The position numbers and the translations under genes are program-made. From NCBI GenBank assembly GCA_030141605.1, contig JAQGDQ010000077.1, positions 62,001 through 126,000 on the forward strand: a DNA stretch of 64,000 nt. The letters run 5' to 3'. Position 1 is the stretch's first letter; each line of letters opens with the position of its first letter. This stretch comes from Tubiluchus corallicola (taxonomy: Eukaryota; Animalia; Priapulida). Positions 36,248 through 49,767 of the stretch are shown piece after piece. The notes below the pieces were generated by a model, which was not told where the DNA came from, did no database searches, and saw nothing but the letters and a program-made list of their open reading frames with translations.

Positions 36248-36909
36248 AGTCTTGGGACAATTACTTTTAAAGTGCCGTATCACCACAAATACAATTACTC
36301 TCCTGCAAAGTAGTGGTTTTCACCTATACAATTACTTTTTAAAAAGTAGCTGTTGCAACTACAAATACTTTATAAACATAGTGCTACTACAATAGCCACT
36401 ACTTTCATTTTGTGACAACTTCTGAGCAGTGTTGACACAATACACTGTAAAATGTAGGTGGAATGTTAAAAAAGCCTGTTAATAATTATAATTAGATTGT
36501 AGCCACAGCTACCCAAGTACAAACACAAATTGAACCAAACTGTATCAAAGTTCTAACAAACTAAACTATTGTTCAAAATTCAAACACGTTTATTTGCTTA
36601 AAATTTATTTTTTTAAAGTTGCTGTCAGCTAAACAAAATATGTTTTCCAAGAGAAGACTCACAAACAGGAATGCCCAGAAAAACCCATGAAGAATTAAAG
36701 TTTTGCTTCACTGTGCCCAAGATCATTACAAATTCATATACAATTACACAGCTGGCTAAACCTGTAGAAGTCTGTGACGTTTATGAAAAAACAACTCGCA
36801 AGAAAGACCGAAATATTTAAATGTAGTGCTGTTACAACTTCACTATAAAAGTAGTGAAATTACAATTACAGCACTTTGTTCTTCAAACTAGTGTCACTAC
36901 TCCAGCACT
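36248..36909. mobile_element. Degenerate hAT-like MITE
   Basis: cagtcttggg...attact / ...ccagcact termini with repeated aattac/actac subterminal motifs. Confidence 0.4.
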
Positions 36910-37195
36910 AATAATTTTAGTACTGATGGTAATGGTTTAAAATGTCCTAAAACCAGTTATGATGGGAGAATAAACTCTGTTAGTTACCCAAAAATAGGAT
37001 AATTTCCAAATGTGACTGAGTTGTTAAAATAAATACCCCAAAATTAAAAGGAAAACATGTATCTTTACTGAATGAAAATATCATCAAATGCTTCCCAGAC
37101 ATATTGTAAAAAAATTACATAATTCTGTTGAATGCAAAGTCATACTTAGCTAGCAGTTCACTTAAGCAAGACAAAAAAAATGTAAAAACACAAAC

Positions 37196-37297
37196 TTTTA
37201 GATGACTGCATAATCTTCACAGCATTTTTGTTGGGAGGCTGACTTTGGGGTGCCGGCGAGCCTTGGCGAGAATTGTACGGAGAGCCTCCAGAACCAG
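37196..37297 (-). CDS. SLAIN: SLAIN exon 7
   Basis: tttcag|CT...A|gtttgt, phase 1-1 (donor weak); GSGGSPYNSRQGSP. Confidence 0.7.
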
Positions 37298-38645
37298 CTG
37301 AAAAAAATCTCAGGAAATTTTAGAGAAAAGCATGCAAAACAAGACTCACTGCTATATTCAAAGAGGTTGTTATGGCCTACTAGTTATTAATACAATGCTA
37401 ATCATTAATTATTAATGCTAATCACCAAATGTCACTATACCATCCTAGCTCAACAAGTTATCTTTAGCAATGATTTTAATGATTCCAAAAAAACAATTGT
37501 TGAAACCAGTGATTATGATACCCTGAGCTAATTTTTAATTCAGACTTTATTTTAGAACCGTGTTTCCATTTTTCCATGTTTCCAGTTTTAACATAATATA
37601 AATTACTGTTATACAACAAACAATAAAATTTGGAAATGTATAAAATTTACGAGATTGATTCTGCAAAAATGATAAATAGAACACTTATGCTAGATAGTAG
37701 TTAATAATCATGATAATGCAATGCTATTTTGGTGTTAAATAGCACTAAAATAGCAATACATTATGATCATTAGGAAGTAGTTTCTACTCCCTGGTTTCAA
37801 GGAATTGTTCAAATAAAAAATATATGGGAGAAGATCTGTTGTTACATTACCTGGAAAGCACTATTCAAGCTACTGCTTTTATGTTTTTTGTTACATTTAT
37901 TATGGAACAAATATTGCTCAACTTTATTTGTGCCTTAATCACCGAACTATGCGGGCCTCAGAACTGATGTCTCAGAAGTCAGTATTCACTTTATATTTTT
38001 CACTTTTCGGTTTAACAACCAAAGCACAATATTTGAAAACAGGTACGAATGGACTAAAACCTTTGGCAATTCTCTTAGCTCAATTACGTGAAAATCTGAA
38101 AAGAACAACTGTACTGCCAGGCTCTGATATTTTCACTACTTTTTTATTTTGCCTGACATAGCCCTAAAAAATTGCAAGTTGTGAAATCTGTCAACAACAT
38201 GAACTTCCAGTGGAAACAGCTTCAGGGGCTAAACTATTGGCAAGTTTGGTATCTTGCTCCACCTTTTTAAAAAACTACATTATAAATGATGATTCGTATC
38301 ACAATTTATATCACAGTGCGATGCATTTGCTGTTCTGAATTTGCCATGCTGAAATTTTACACTTCATTTACAGTGTTAGTGCAAAAGCTACAGTAATGGG
38401 GTTTCAGCCAAAATTTAAATAAAAAGAAATGCCAAAGACCATTTTTGAATCATGTCGCAGAGCTTGCGGAGATTGGAAATTTGAAAAGAAAATTAGAAAT
38501 TAAAGTGTATATTGACTTTTGAGAACCCTACATTTCACCGTAACCCATGTGTAAAGTAATAGTCTAATTGTATCTTAAAACCAAAACAGAACCACATGGA
38601 AAAATAGCAAAAACAAAGTTTTCATGCAGTATATGATTACTGTAC

Positions 38646-38684
38646 CTGAACCTCTCCTTGTTTCCGTTATACTTTTCCTTAAGC
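38646..38684 (-). CDS. SLAIN: SLAIN exon 6 (39 nt)
   Basis: tttcag|GC...G|gtacag; completes QEE-SLRK...RRGS. Confidence 0.8.
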
Positions 38685-39350
38685 CTGAAAATATCCAGTA
38701 AATGCATTCAGTCATAAGAAAATAAAATATTGAAAACTACGACAAAAACCTAAACAGCACAACTGTATTGACGTGCCTATACAATAACATCAAATAACTT
38801 CAAAATCTATATTTATTTTAATATAAAACATGCTTGAATATTTCTTGCATGTGGCAAGCAATTAATAAAAGTAAAGCCCTATAAGTAAAAATGGGTTATA
38901 AGACAGTAATGTGCAATTGCACGAACTGTTAACTTTGAGAATAATTTATTGACATGCTGTTATTTATGCTGCCCCTGAAATTTTTTAATACATACAAAGC
39001 AAAATTTTCCCTACTTCCATTTATCAGGGAAAATATTCACTGAAGTCAAAACAGTGTAAAAGCAAAATTTAAATTTCATTTTAGCAAGATTTTTCAACTT
39101 TTAAATTTGTGCTAAATAGACATGGCATTGGAAATAGCATCAAAATGATTACATTTTTTGTAATATTATGTTATCAGTCTGAGGTGTTATCTTCTACTAT
39201 CCCTTAACTAGAGGGTCAACATAAAATCCTAAATGAAATTTTTGAGAATTGCTCTTAACAATGATATCTCCATTTACGAGTAAGACTATAATTGCAACAT
39301 GCAGAATTTTCTGTGTACATCAGGCAGAGAGTTACCAAACAAAATCTTAC

Positions 39351-39509
39351 TTTCTTCCTGCAGCTTTGCAAGTGCTTGAATGCTAGACATTCGGTTATGA
39401 ACATCGGTAATGGTTCGAACCGGTTCATCATCAGGACAGGGAAGGGTTCCTCGGTTCTTCTTATGTGGACGAGTGAACGTTCGAGTGTCAATGTGTTTGC
39501 CCGGTGCAT
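39351..39509 (-). CDS. SLAIN: SLAIN exon 5
   Basis: ttttag|AT...A|gtaaga; IQALAKLQEE(S) matches the conserved SLAIN ARLQEESLR motif. Confidence 0.85.
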
Positions 39510-40444
39510 CTAAAAAGCATAAATTACTAATCAAGGTCTCAGTTTTTTAACTAGAAGAGTTAGTAATGAAAAAGTAGTTTAAATCCAATCGTATTTTTGA
39601 AAGTTTTCTGTATCACACCGGTATAAACTACGGGTTTTACATCTGTCTTACACTTGTCTTATAATCTCACCAGCTTTGATATTGAGCAGTTATGTGTGAA
39701 CTTGTCTAATAGTACAGATTATGCCACCTTTGTCCATCAATTTTACAAATACTTTTACAAAAAAAAATCTTATACACCTAATATGTGCAAATTCTTACAT
39801 AATATACATATCATAGTAATGCAATTTTCATTCTGCGCATATCTGATTTATTGAACATCGGTTGCTTAATAATCTGATTGTATAAAGTGCGTTATTCAGG
39901 TGTGTTGTCACTGCAAACTCAGCATGCAGAACCTAAGAATTATGACAGTCAACAGATCTTAACTGTGAGAAGCCAGTAATTAATAATATGTGGTATAGAT
40001 ACAGGTTGGCTTAGGAACTCTGGTTTCTCAAAGTTAAAATTCGATATTCTTTTTACAAACTATTTTATTAATTAGTTGTGACAGCCCAATAGCTGAATTC
40101 AAATAAATGTTTTATAATCCAATACTGAAGTCAAATAAATATTTCATATTCTCCCTGTTTCTATTTCGACATTACTCAAAGCCAAAAATGATCTTTAATA
40201 TTGGGAAACATAGGCACTGGACAAATAAGCTCGGAAACTTGGTAAATTAGTTGCTGATAGCTGCTTGTCCCTTTATGTTGTGAATTTGTGGGGTTACATT
40301 GAATAGTAATACTGTGCTTTAAGTGATTTAATTTAGAAGCAGCCTGCAATCAAATTTGACAATTTAATTTTCAGGACCATATCAGTACAATGCAAATGCC
40401 ATCAACATAAAAAATATCACAATGCTAACATTCATTCTTCGTAC

Positions 40445-40660
40445 TTAGATCTAATCCTAACGGGCGCTTAATTACAGGCATGCTACTGCTGGCAGTCATT
40501 CCCTTTCCCTCGTTGGAAGAGTAAACTCCAGCAGAAAAATTGTCCCTGCCACATCTTCTTTCTTCACTTGACTCGTCGGACGTAAACTTTGACATGCGCT
40601 CATCATCAGTAGAAGACGACTGCTCAAACTCAACACGTTTTGGCGACTTCCTCCAGTTTG
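40445..40660 (-). CDS. SLAIN: SLAIN exon 4
   Basis: ttacag|CA...A|gtacga, 216 nt open, phase 1-1. Confidence 0.75.
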
Positions 40661-42703
40661 CTGTAATATAAACAACATAGTGACAACCAATCAAATTATG
40701 TAGCATGCGTTCAAGGCTTTGGAAAATAGAGGCAAATAAACATGAACAGCAGTAAACTGGCTATTTTTAATTAAAATGTTCACATTTCTATCACTTTTAT
40801 GACAATGTCCCTTATTAATTGTGAAATAAAATAACTAACCATGTGCTATTACAAATAACTTATTTAGAGTAACTTAAGGTGTTAAAACATTAGCACCTTC
40901 TAGTGCCCAATTTTTACATTCTAATAAAAACCATAAATACAGTTAAATGAATCATGGTGCCCAATTTTTTGTTTTGTTTAAGTTTTGTTATTTTTAAAAC
41001 AAAAATAATAAAATAGTGTACCCAGCTTCTTTTGACAATCACTCGGAATACTGAGTGAGAATGTCAGCGATAGCTACCATTAAAAATCAAAAGAAAAGAA
41101 AACCCCAAAAAAAATCTTAGAAATTTTTATGCAGTTATAATTTATGTTGGCAGTTGCTACTTGAAAGAAAGTGAATTTGCCACTTTCTTTCAAAATCCAA
41201 ATGCAATAGTAGGAAGTAAACATGATAAAAAAATAATTAACACCATTAGTTTAACATCCCTTCCTCAATGATGCCACGATCGTTATTATCATTTTCAACA
41301 CCGCCAACAAGCTTCATGGCCATTGCTATTATTTTTACTATTACAATCAATATTCTCATCACTGACAGCAGCTTTATTAACTATTATCATTACACATATT
41401 ATTACCAGAAGGTTTTTGATGTGATGCAAGGCAGTCTATTGATTTGGACGGAGGCAGTTTTGATGTCAGCACTTTGTCACCTTCATAGCCATTGCTCACT
41501 GCAAAAGTTTCCTAGACCTAATAGCAAACCTTTGTAAGAGGTTTTCACAAAAATGCATTATCTTGCATTTTCCTTTAATACCATAATTTAGAACTGTTTT
41601 CAGTATGCAGTAAACTTTAGCTGACAAGTGAAAATGTAATTACATTATTAATTAATGGGCAGCCAATCAGAGCAGGATTTGACAAGCACGTAAAGCTGAG
41701 CCTGCTGGGTATTACACAATTAGCTGAGTGACCTAGAGGGGCAGATGCTAATTAATTGCTTTACTTAATGAAATTGCATTATCTGATTTCACAATAACAG
41801 TAAATAGCTAGTTGAAAAATTCAGGAATAAGTCAGCAAGCAACTATATGTATAAAACATAGCTTAAAAAATAAGTAACTGATCTGAAAACTTTAACTGAA
41901 AGATACAGAAAATCACACTCAAGTTTACATCTTGCATCCATCATCATCATCATCATCAACATCATTTTATTAATACAAGTATTAATTGCCATGTTTGAAT
42001 GAAACAGAATATATTTTGTTTTATCTGTCTAAAGCAAGAGTGGAGTTTTAACTGCAGTTCCAACTGAAATTCACAAAATAAAAAAATCACAAAAAGATGG
42101 CTAAGTGCATAAAAAGCATTATACCATCAGACAGGCCCAGCACTGCATAACATCACAGTGACTTGTACGTGAATACACAGGTATTCTAAGCGATTCACAT
42201 ACATACAAGAAAACCCCCGAGACTGCATGTGCACTACAAGAATTTGTAAATATTTTTTTCTTATCAGGCATTATTAAATAACTACTTAAATGACTCGCTA
42301 CAACAGAGAGCATTTCTTCTTTTAAGAATAATTTCAATTTTTGTACGCATTTTCTTCCCATCAGTCATTGTTAATTATCAGAAAAGACTTACTGATTTAC
42401 AACTGACTTACTGATTTACAACACCACGGCACTTACTACAAAGCATAATTTGAGTGATAACCTGCAGATGACTATTGATGTGTGCTAAATCTGGAGTTTT
42501 TTATTAATACTTTTTATATCACCCAAATGCAAAAATAATGCATTTTGAAGTTGATGAATGCAATTTCATAATTTATATTAAACACCATGTTATTATTTTT
42601 CCCATGTCTTTTAATGCCGTTAAATGTTATCAAAATGAAACCTGGCAACTTACTGCAGTATAAAGTCAAAGTCTCAAAGTCATACTCAAAGTCTTAAACT
42701 TAC

Positions 42704-42790
42704 AGTGTTCTTGGCTTGAGTGCCTTTTTGATGATGAGTATGAATGGCTCTGATAATCGACATCAGGACTTGAGAATGGACTGCGCCTTA
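42704..42790 (-). CDS. SLAIN: SLAIN exon 3
   Basis: ttgtag|TA...T|gtaagt, phase 1-1. Confidence 0.75.
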
Positions 42791-43480
42791 CTACAATTAA
42801 AAAAGATGAAAAAACATTCTGGGACTGATTACACATTGATAAAGACATAAAATAAAGCAATATTTAACATAAAACTCATTAACACTTGCATTTTGCAAGA
42901 TAAGTTACACAGAATTTTTTTTTTGCTTTCCAGCATTTTAATGCAAGAAATGTATGCTTCATCAGCGTTGTCATAGTAAATACAATTTTAGCATCTTGGT
43001 TACTGCACAATCAATTTTAATGAAGAACAGACTGTTCTTCAGCTATACATATTATTTAATACCTATGATAACATAGTAAAATGACACTAGCAAAATACAT
43101 TTTGCTACATCAGTCTTTGTGGCCTTCTGTTTTCTGTGTTCTCAAATCACATATTGGATAACAATTCAACTGACATAGTTTTATGATTGTCTCCTCATGA
43201 ATTTTGATTTGATCTATCATAAAGTCAAGTCGATGAGAGCCTTTGGTTGAATTCAATGGAACCCACATTTTTCATTTTTGCAGGTCTATATGAGTACGAG
43301 CCTATATACATATTCTGTCAATATGCAGAATAATTTTAAAGCAGAGGTTTTAAGGCATGTATACTAGCATACTCAAGGAGTTCAAAAATGAGTATTATCT
43401 GCATAACAGTGAAAAATAGTGTTTATGTCAGTGTTCTTCATGGAAAGTAGTCAATATGTTAAGAGTCTAAGTGTGCTTAC

Positions 43481-43623
43481 CAACTTCGTCAAGTTTATAA
43501 ACAAGCAGGCGACGAGACTGAAGAAGTTCTGGACTAGGATTTTCATCGTAATCTCTTCTTAGCCACTTGTAAGTGTTGACTGACTTTTGTTGTGGTGTGA
43601 GCGGCTTAGGTGACTCAAACAAC
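43481..43623 (-). CDS. SLAIN: SLAIN exon 2
   Basis: ttgtag|G...G|gtaagc; WLFESPKPLTPQQKSV..YKWLR...PSPEL...LVYKLD matches the conserved SLAIN N-terminal block. Confidence 0.9.
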
Positions 43624-43637
43624 CTACAAGGGAATTT

Positions 43638-43940
43638 AACAGAAAGTTGAGATTCTTTACGATGTTTCATCTTTGCATATTTTCCAAGGTTTTATAAACT
43701 CTATGATAATTGATAACTGGTAGTACAACTTCACATATTTAACTTCCTATTGCCTTCTAAAAGTAATGTACATATACATGACTTCATTAATGTATAGAAA
43801 CATTAATGACATGACATCTAGAAGGCAGTAAGAAGTTGAATATGTGAAACTGCAGAGTCAGTTATCACTATACATAGAGTTTGTATAACCTTGCAAAACA
43901 TGCTAAGATAAAGTATTGTAAAAAAATGCAACTTCCTGTA
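43638..43940. repeat. Foldback element (about 140-bp imperfect arms)
   Basis: caaggtttataaactctatg / catagagtttgtataaccttg and ttcacatatttaacttc / gaagttgaatatgtgaa pair as reverse complements. Confidence 0.8.
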
Positions 43941-44101
43941 CATGTAGATATACCGTAATATAGATCTATACATATAATGACAAAATGCATACAACATTTT
44001 TCCGTCAAATCCAACCTTAATTTGCTAAAAAAGATTTCAGGGCACTAAATAGCAAGAACTGTAAGAAATGAAACTAACAGGTGATGCAGACGTTTGCAGT
44101 C

Positions 44102-45908
44102 TTAAAGGACAAGAAAAGTGAAATTCAATGTAAATTTCAAAAAACTTACATTACGAAATTATGTTACTTTGCTATAGTCGTATCATTAGTCATTAAATAT
44201 TTTTAGATTTCAACTGACATTCATTAATATTTCAACAGTTGTATCAAACAGGCAGTTGGCACTTCTGCTTAAAATGGCCACGCATCTTTTTCCGCTATGG
44301 TTATGTAAATTAAACCACATCATCTATGTGCATTATGACATTCTCTGCCAAGGTTTTTAATTACAAACACTGGTAAGTAGGACAGCTTTTTGGAAATGTT
44401 AGACATGTGTCCAATATGTAAAGAAAACTTGTTTAATATTTTATAGTATAAAGCATCAGAAAATTGTTACTTATAAAACTATCATTAACTACATCACTTA
44501 ACTGCAGACTGGTACTAGCTTAGAACCAACAGTGCCAGAGCTAGGAAGTGTGGGGCTCAATTACAGAATTGTTAGTGGGGCCCTCTACCCTACAAAACTT
44601 AAATTTTGACATTTTACGCTTCACGTAGTATGTCAGTCTTAGGCAAAAAACATTGAGGACTTGAGGTTTCACCATTAGCCACAATGATATACTAAAAATT
44701 GAAAGCACATATAATATGTTATTACAAGTAAAGATAATTACTAACATAATGTTTGTACATAAGCCTTCCAAAACACTTTTCTGGGTTTTTTTATCTGAGA
44801 AATCTTTCAAAATCATTTCAAAGTCAATGGTTTTTGTAAATATCATTTTCATGGAAAGCATTGCCAAATTATTTAGTCTCTAATGTGAAACTGTTAACTG
44901 TAGGTATCTTTTAATAACTTTAGTTTTCACTTATTTGACCTGATGTGACTGTTAGGGTATTGTTAGGAAAAAAAGCAATAAAAATGATCGTGCTGTGAAC
45001 TGACTATTTGCTGCCAAATATTCAAGCAGGGCTTGAGGCTTAACGGCGCTGAAAGGAAGAAAAGATTTTAGAGTTTTAAGTTCTTTGGCTAACATTTTAT
45101 CATGTACATTTTTAGTTGTTTCAGTTACTCCTGCATCATTTTGTGTGGTTTTCTAAATGCTTCAGAGTCTGCACTGTGCTTCTTATTTTCTGCCTTTTGT
45201 AAGCTGTGGATGTTATTTAAAAATTACGTGACTTTTAAACAGCTGAAATCTAAACACTAAAGATAAAGACTGAAAAACATTGCCCAGCATGGAGTTGAAG
45301 TACTGAAACTTATGCTTCTTTTGGGTCATGCACAGCTTCATCTCTTGTCTCGTATAAAGACATTCTCTTCCTTCCATGTAGTCATTTTTCTTGAAATGTC
45401 CTTGACTCTGTGGTAATTCAATGGCCTCTGCCAATTCCTTTTACAACATCATCAAAACCACCCTCTCTATAGATTCTCAGACATTCTAACTAAAGCATAT
45501 GGGGCTTTTTGTCAAGAGGTAAATGGTGACGATAAACTGAAGTTGCAAAACAAATAAACAAGTGATTAGTACAAAAACACTGAAACATACACAAGTCATA
45601 CATATATGAGTACAGGTTGAATGGTTTCACTACCTTCGCAGTATCAAGGATCTTTGTGCACACTGGATGCTCGATAATTCATCATAGCATCCTCCACTTG
45701 AGCATCTGTGTGGGGACCCCTCTTCGCCCCTGGAGCCCAATTTGAACAATTCTGTCTGATTGTGCATCCACGTCACAAAATGGACTCAACTCAGACAATT
45801 CCATGATTGCATTTAGAATGAAAATTAATAGAAACTTCCCTTATGCGCAAATTGACACTAAGCAATCTTATAAAAAGGTACATTAAAAGGATCTTTTTTG
45901 TCCTTTAA
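44102..45908. mobile_element. Kolobok-like element (K1-related termini) containing a hAT relic
   Basis: TTAA|AGGACAAGAAAAG ... CTTTTTTGTCCT|TTAA. Confidence 0.55.
44780..45440 (-). pseudogene. Decayed hAT transposase (C-terminal dimerisation domain)
   Basis: Minus strand FLTIP...KLKVIKRYL..TVSH*RLNNLAMLS...IDFEMILKDFSDKK with stops and frameshifts; 5' extent approximate. Confidence 0.7.
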
Positions 45909-46154
45909 CAATTGGATTGCAAACATGACTGACTCTACACTGGCATTTCTGTACACAGATGCGAACTGTAGAGTCACATTCAAATAGTAACAAAAACACT
46001 ACTAATATACTACTATTTTAAACCAGTTAATCTTAGTATTTTGACTAGCAAGGTCATCTGCAAAATATATAAAACAAAACTGATAAAATAGAGTAAAATG
46101 TAATTAAAACTTCTTCTAGTTAATTTTAACTTATTATAATGGATTACGATTGTA

Positions 46155-46920
46155 CAGTAGGCGCCGCTTAATAGACTCACTCTGGGACCGACGTGCTTTG
46201 ACCCAGTTAACCGACTGAATCTATTGACCGACAGGTATAGGAATCATCATAAAAATTCCTTCAAAGTCGGCAGCTTCATTGTCTCGCGAAGAAGTTGGCC
46301 CAAAAAGTTCTCGTAATTATAAAAATGTTGAATATCTGTTGCTGTGTGTGACTAAAACAGTTCTGAGTCGTCTGCTCATTTACATTGCTCTTATTTGCTG
46401 TACAGTGTTTGCTCTTGTAAGTCACAAGGAATACCAGCTAATTACACTGTACCTACATCTTTGACTGTTAACTTATTAAGCCTGAAAGCGTGATCTGAAA
46501 CTAGAGCATCAAAAGGAAATCACTAGGCAAGTGATTAAATGTTTAGCTTCCAGAAATTCTTTGGATAACAGTGGGCGAGCGGGTAACAGATTCAATGCAA
46601 AACCCCTACGCTAGTGTATTAGTGCATGATAAATGTACCTGCTTACAAACAAAATGGTACTTAACATGATTGTTTCTGTAAACACAGTGCACAAAGGAGA
46701 AGTAAAGATGACATAAACGTAGGAAAAGCTCTTGGGCACATAGAAATATCTTATTTTAAGTAGGTTAAGGCAAAATATTGAGTCAATTATGCGGAGGTAT
46801 TTGAGTCAATTACCGATAGTTTTTATATATATTTGAATAGAAGTGGCCCGTTCCAGACGTTATTGAGTCAATTAAGCGATTGAGTCTATTAACCGTGAGT
46901 CTATAAAGCGGCACCTACTG
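46155..46920. mobile_element. pogo/Tigger-like MITE (related end fragment at about 15939)
   Basis: TA|CAGTAGGCGCCGCTTAATAGACTCA ... TGAGTCTATAAAGCGGCACCTACTG. Confidence 0.85.
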
Positions 46921-47033
46921 TGTCTTAATATGCAACCTTGGACAAAAATTGGAGGTAATTTGTTTTTTAATAATACACCAGAGATTATAATAACAATTAC
47001 AAATGACTGCAATGCTGAATGACATTAATTTAC

Positions 47034-47440
47034 CATTGATCATCATCATTGTCTTGAAAGTCTTCATTTCCTAGAACTTCTGGGTATATATGATCCTCAG
47101 ACAGCTTTGGCTTTGTTTCTCGGTCATGCAATAAGTTATCATGCTCCAAATCAATCACATCAACAGTTTCTAAACTAATATCACAATTAGCATGTTTCCT
47201 TGTTGACTTTTTATTAAATAAATTAGTCCTGTCATTTAAGGGATAATACCCATCTCCAAAATCTATGGATTCTTCTGTGGCTGTCCATGCGTGATGAATT
47301 TGGTGTAAATTTTGTGGAACACTTTGACTTCTTCGCAACTGTTCATTTTGAATTTCAAGTTTTTTAATCAAGGCTTTCAATTGTATAACTTCTTCTCTTG
47401 GATCCAAGTTTCCTTCATTGTCACTTAGGACTGACGTCAT
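47034..47440 (-). CDS. SLAIN: SLAIN exon 1 (coiled coil)
   Basis: ATG at 47440; EEVIQLKALIKKLEIQNEQLR matches the SLAIN EVxKLQxLVxKLExQNEQLR motif; TG|gtaaat; the ten exons total 1602 nt in one frame. Confidence 0.9.
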
Positions 47441-47700
47441 TACTACACATGGCGATTTTTTTCACAGAAAATAACAATTTTACAGCAGAGAAACCTGTTA
47501 TCACAAAAATATCAAAGGCGTTAATACTGCGCATGCGCTTCTACAGTAGACCTTATGGAACTCCTGGAGATCGGTTTCCGCTTCGCATTCTGCAAGACTT
47601 CTTACGTAAAGATGCCCTCGGATTTCACCGCTTCGGGGGAGCTACGTATTTTTTAATAATAATAAAAATGCGGAGTTTACTCGTAGGCTTTTGTGATGTC
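47430..47700. promoter_or_regulatory. CpG-enriched promoter region of SLAIN
   Basis: NRF1-type TGCGCATGCGC at 47528-47538, CRE TGACGTCA at 47432-47439, YY1-like CATGGCG at about 47448. Confidence 0.55.
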
Positions 47701-49019
47701 AACTTAATATCTAATTGTGTATTTGATGAAAATGAATTAGTTCGGAATTGACTTTTCTAGTTTTTTCTTGTTATGTTTTACAGTTGTTTGTGGTTTACAT
47801 TCCATATACAGTGCCTAGTCCTCATGCACTAGAATGTATTGTATACAGAAATCCGAGAATTCGTATTAACTAAGAAGAAGAAATAATTAAGGCACTCAAT
47901 CATTATTGAAATGTACATGTAGGCTACACTAATTATTGATTTTTTTATCATGCGTGGTTCAGCTAAATAAAATCCAATAACACACAAGTTTTTATAAACA
48001 GGTCTTATTAAGCATGAACGCAGTTTAGATTTATGTTTACGGTAAATGTTAGATATGTACATGCTAATTACATGTATTCGGTTACTGGATTATGTAGGCA
48101 CTGTAGAGAACTCCGGTGCTTTTCTTGTCCGAAATGCGTAACTGTTAAGTCTAGAAAAACACCCTTCCGGCCTGTAGGCCTAATTCCCCCAAATTGCCAT
48201 AGAAATAAAATTCACAGAAAATATATTAAATCGTTCAAGCGCAGTTAGATAATACGCAACAAAAATGTAGCTTAATGATTAATATAAGGATCATAATTAT
48301 GATAAAAAATTTGGTTAACTCGCCAAGGCAAGAAAGTAGATTTATAACGTCAGAACGATTTAATGGGTATAGTGAATCAAATTTGGTCTTTGCATATACC
48401 CATATAGTGAGAAATCGCGGCGTGTGATATTGACTACTAAAGTTAAGGAATGCAAATTAAGGTCTGGCGACTGATTTGTTGGGAGACCGCCTTTGAATAT
48501 CACTGTTACTTTTGCTGTGATTCCGAATCATTTCGTTCATTTCTTGGCATTGTAGCTGCACCAGAATGTAATTGTGACATCTCTGCCACTTCAGTATTTC
48601 ATCTCACGCGATTATCTTGTTAATGAACTAAGATCTGGTCCTGCCGTAAAATAACCTGTAAAATCTAGCAAAGAAGCATAATTTCAGAAAGTGTTAGCCT
48701 CAACTTATTCACAGATCTGCATAATTCGCAAATCTTTGGTGTTTTCATTTTTTATAATTACTTTATAAATACTATATAATTACTATGAAAATCAGTTAAA
48801 TTTGAAGTGATTATATACGGCAAATGATGCAGTGCGAATTACTTTGAAAAAGCAGTTTGATTCGTCCTAAAAACTTGCAAACTGTAGAAACAAAGTTTCA
48901 AAACAAAATAATTTCGCAAGACAAAATTAAAAAAACAAGTTTGACCCGTTAAAAAGTACTTAATTTTAAATGCTCCTGATTTTTGCTATTCACTATAGTC
49001 AAAGCATTGCAGATAACTA

Positions 49020-49305
49020 AAGGAGAGCAGAAATAGAACAAAATAGAAAGAGAGCGGCAAGCGAGAGAGGGCTAGAAGGGAGGGGAGAGAGAAGGAGAAG
49101 ATCTCTGTCGAGAGAGAGAGAGAGAGAGGATGAGGGAGGGAGGGAGAAAGAGAATAAGAGGGGCGAGAGGGACAGTGGAAAAGCGAGAGAGACAGAGAGA
49201 GAGAGAGACATGGAATGAGAGGAGTGGAAGAGAGGGAGAAAATGAGAGGGAGTAGGAAGGGCTCGAGGGATGTAAAGAGGGACAAGCAGACAGAGAAAGA
49301 GAAAT
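49020..49305. repeat. GA-rich low-complexity tract
   Basis: Degenerate (GA)n polypurine run. Confidence 0.9.
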
Positions 49306-49686
49306 ATAACATTTTATCTTACAAAATAACAGACTATAGCAATTAAAAAAGTGACCGTTTTCTAGGAAAAATGCTTTCTCGCCAGGCTTTGCAATGCTTA
49401 ACATTGGCAATCAGTGTCACATACCGTGATTACTCACTATATGCATTTTGCGAATAATCGAATTACAACTAAAACCCCAATTTAGGGTATGTGAAGGCTT
49501 GTTGTTACTTAATTACTTAATTACTAACTGTTGTTACATCATAAATATATGGTAACTGCGAGGAAAATAGTTTAATTCTGAGTCGCTTTCCTTGCCACAC
49601 TGATTATGATCCCAGCCTGGATGTAGACTGTGTTGTTGGAGGACCTATTTATATGTCTCATGTAGAAATAATTAAGTCTTCATGAA

Positions 49687-49736
49687 CATACATACATACA
49701 TACATACATACATACATACATACATACATACATACA

Positions 49737-49765
<29 letters not shown>
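49687..49765. repeat. (CATA)n microsatellite
   Basis: About 19 perfect CATA units. Confidence 0.95.

Positions 49766-49767
<2 letters not shown>

Noticed and set aside
41630-41760. Cluster of TAAT, CCAAT and CTCF-like motifs in a SLAIN intron
   Set aside because: Short motifs in AT-rich DNA; not distinguishable from chance without conservation data.
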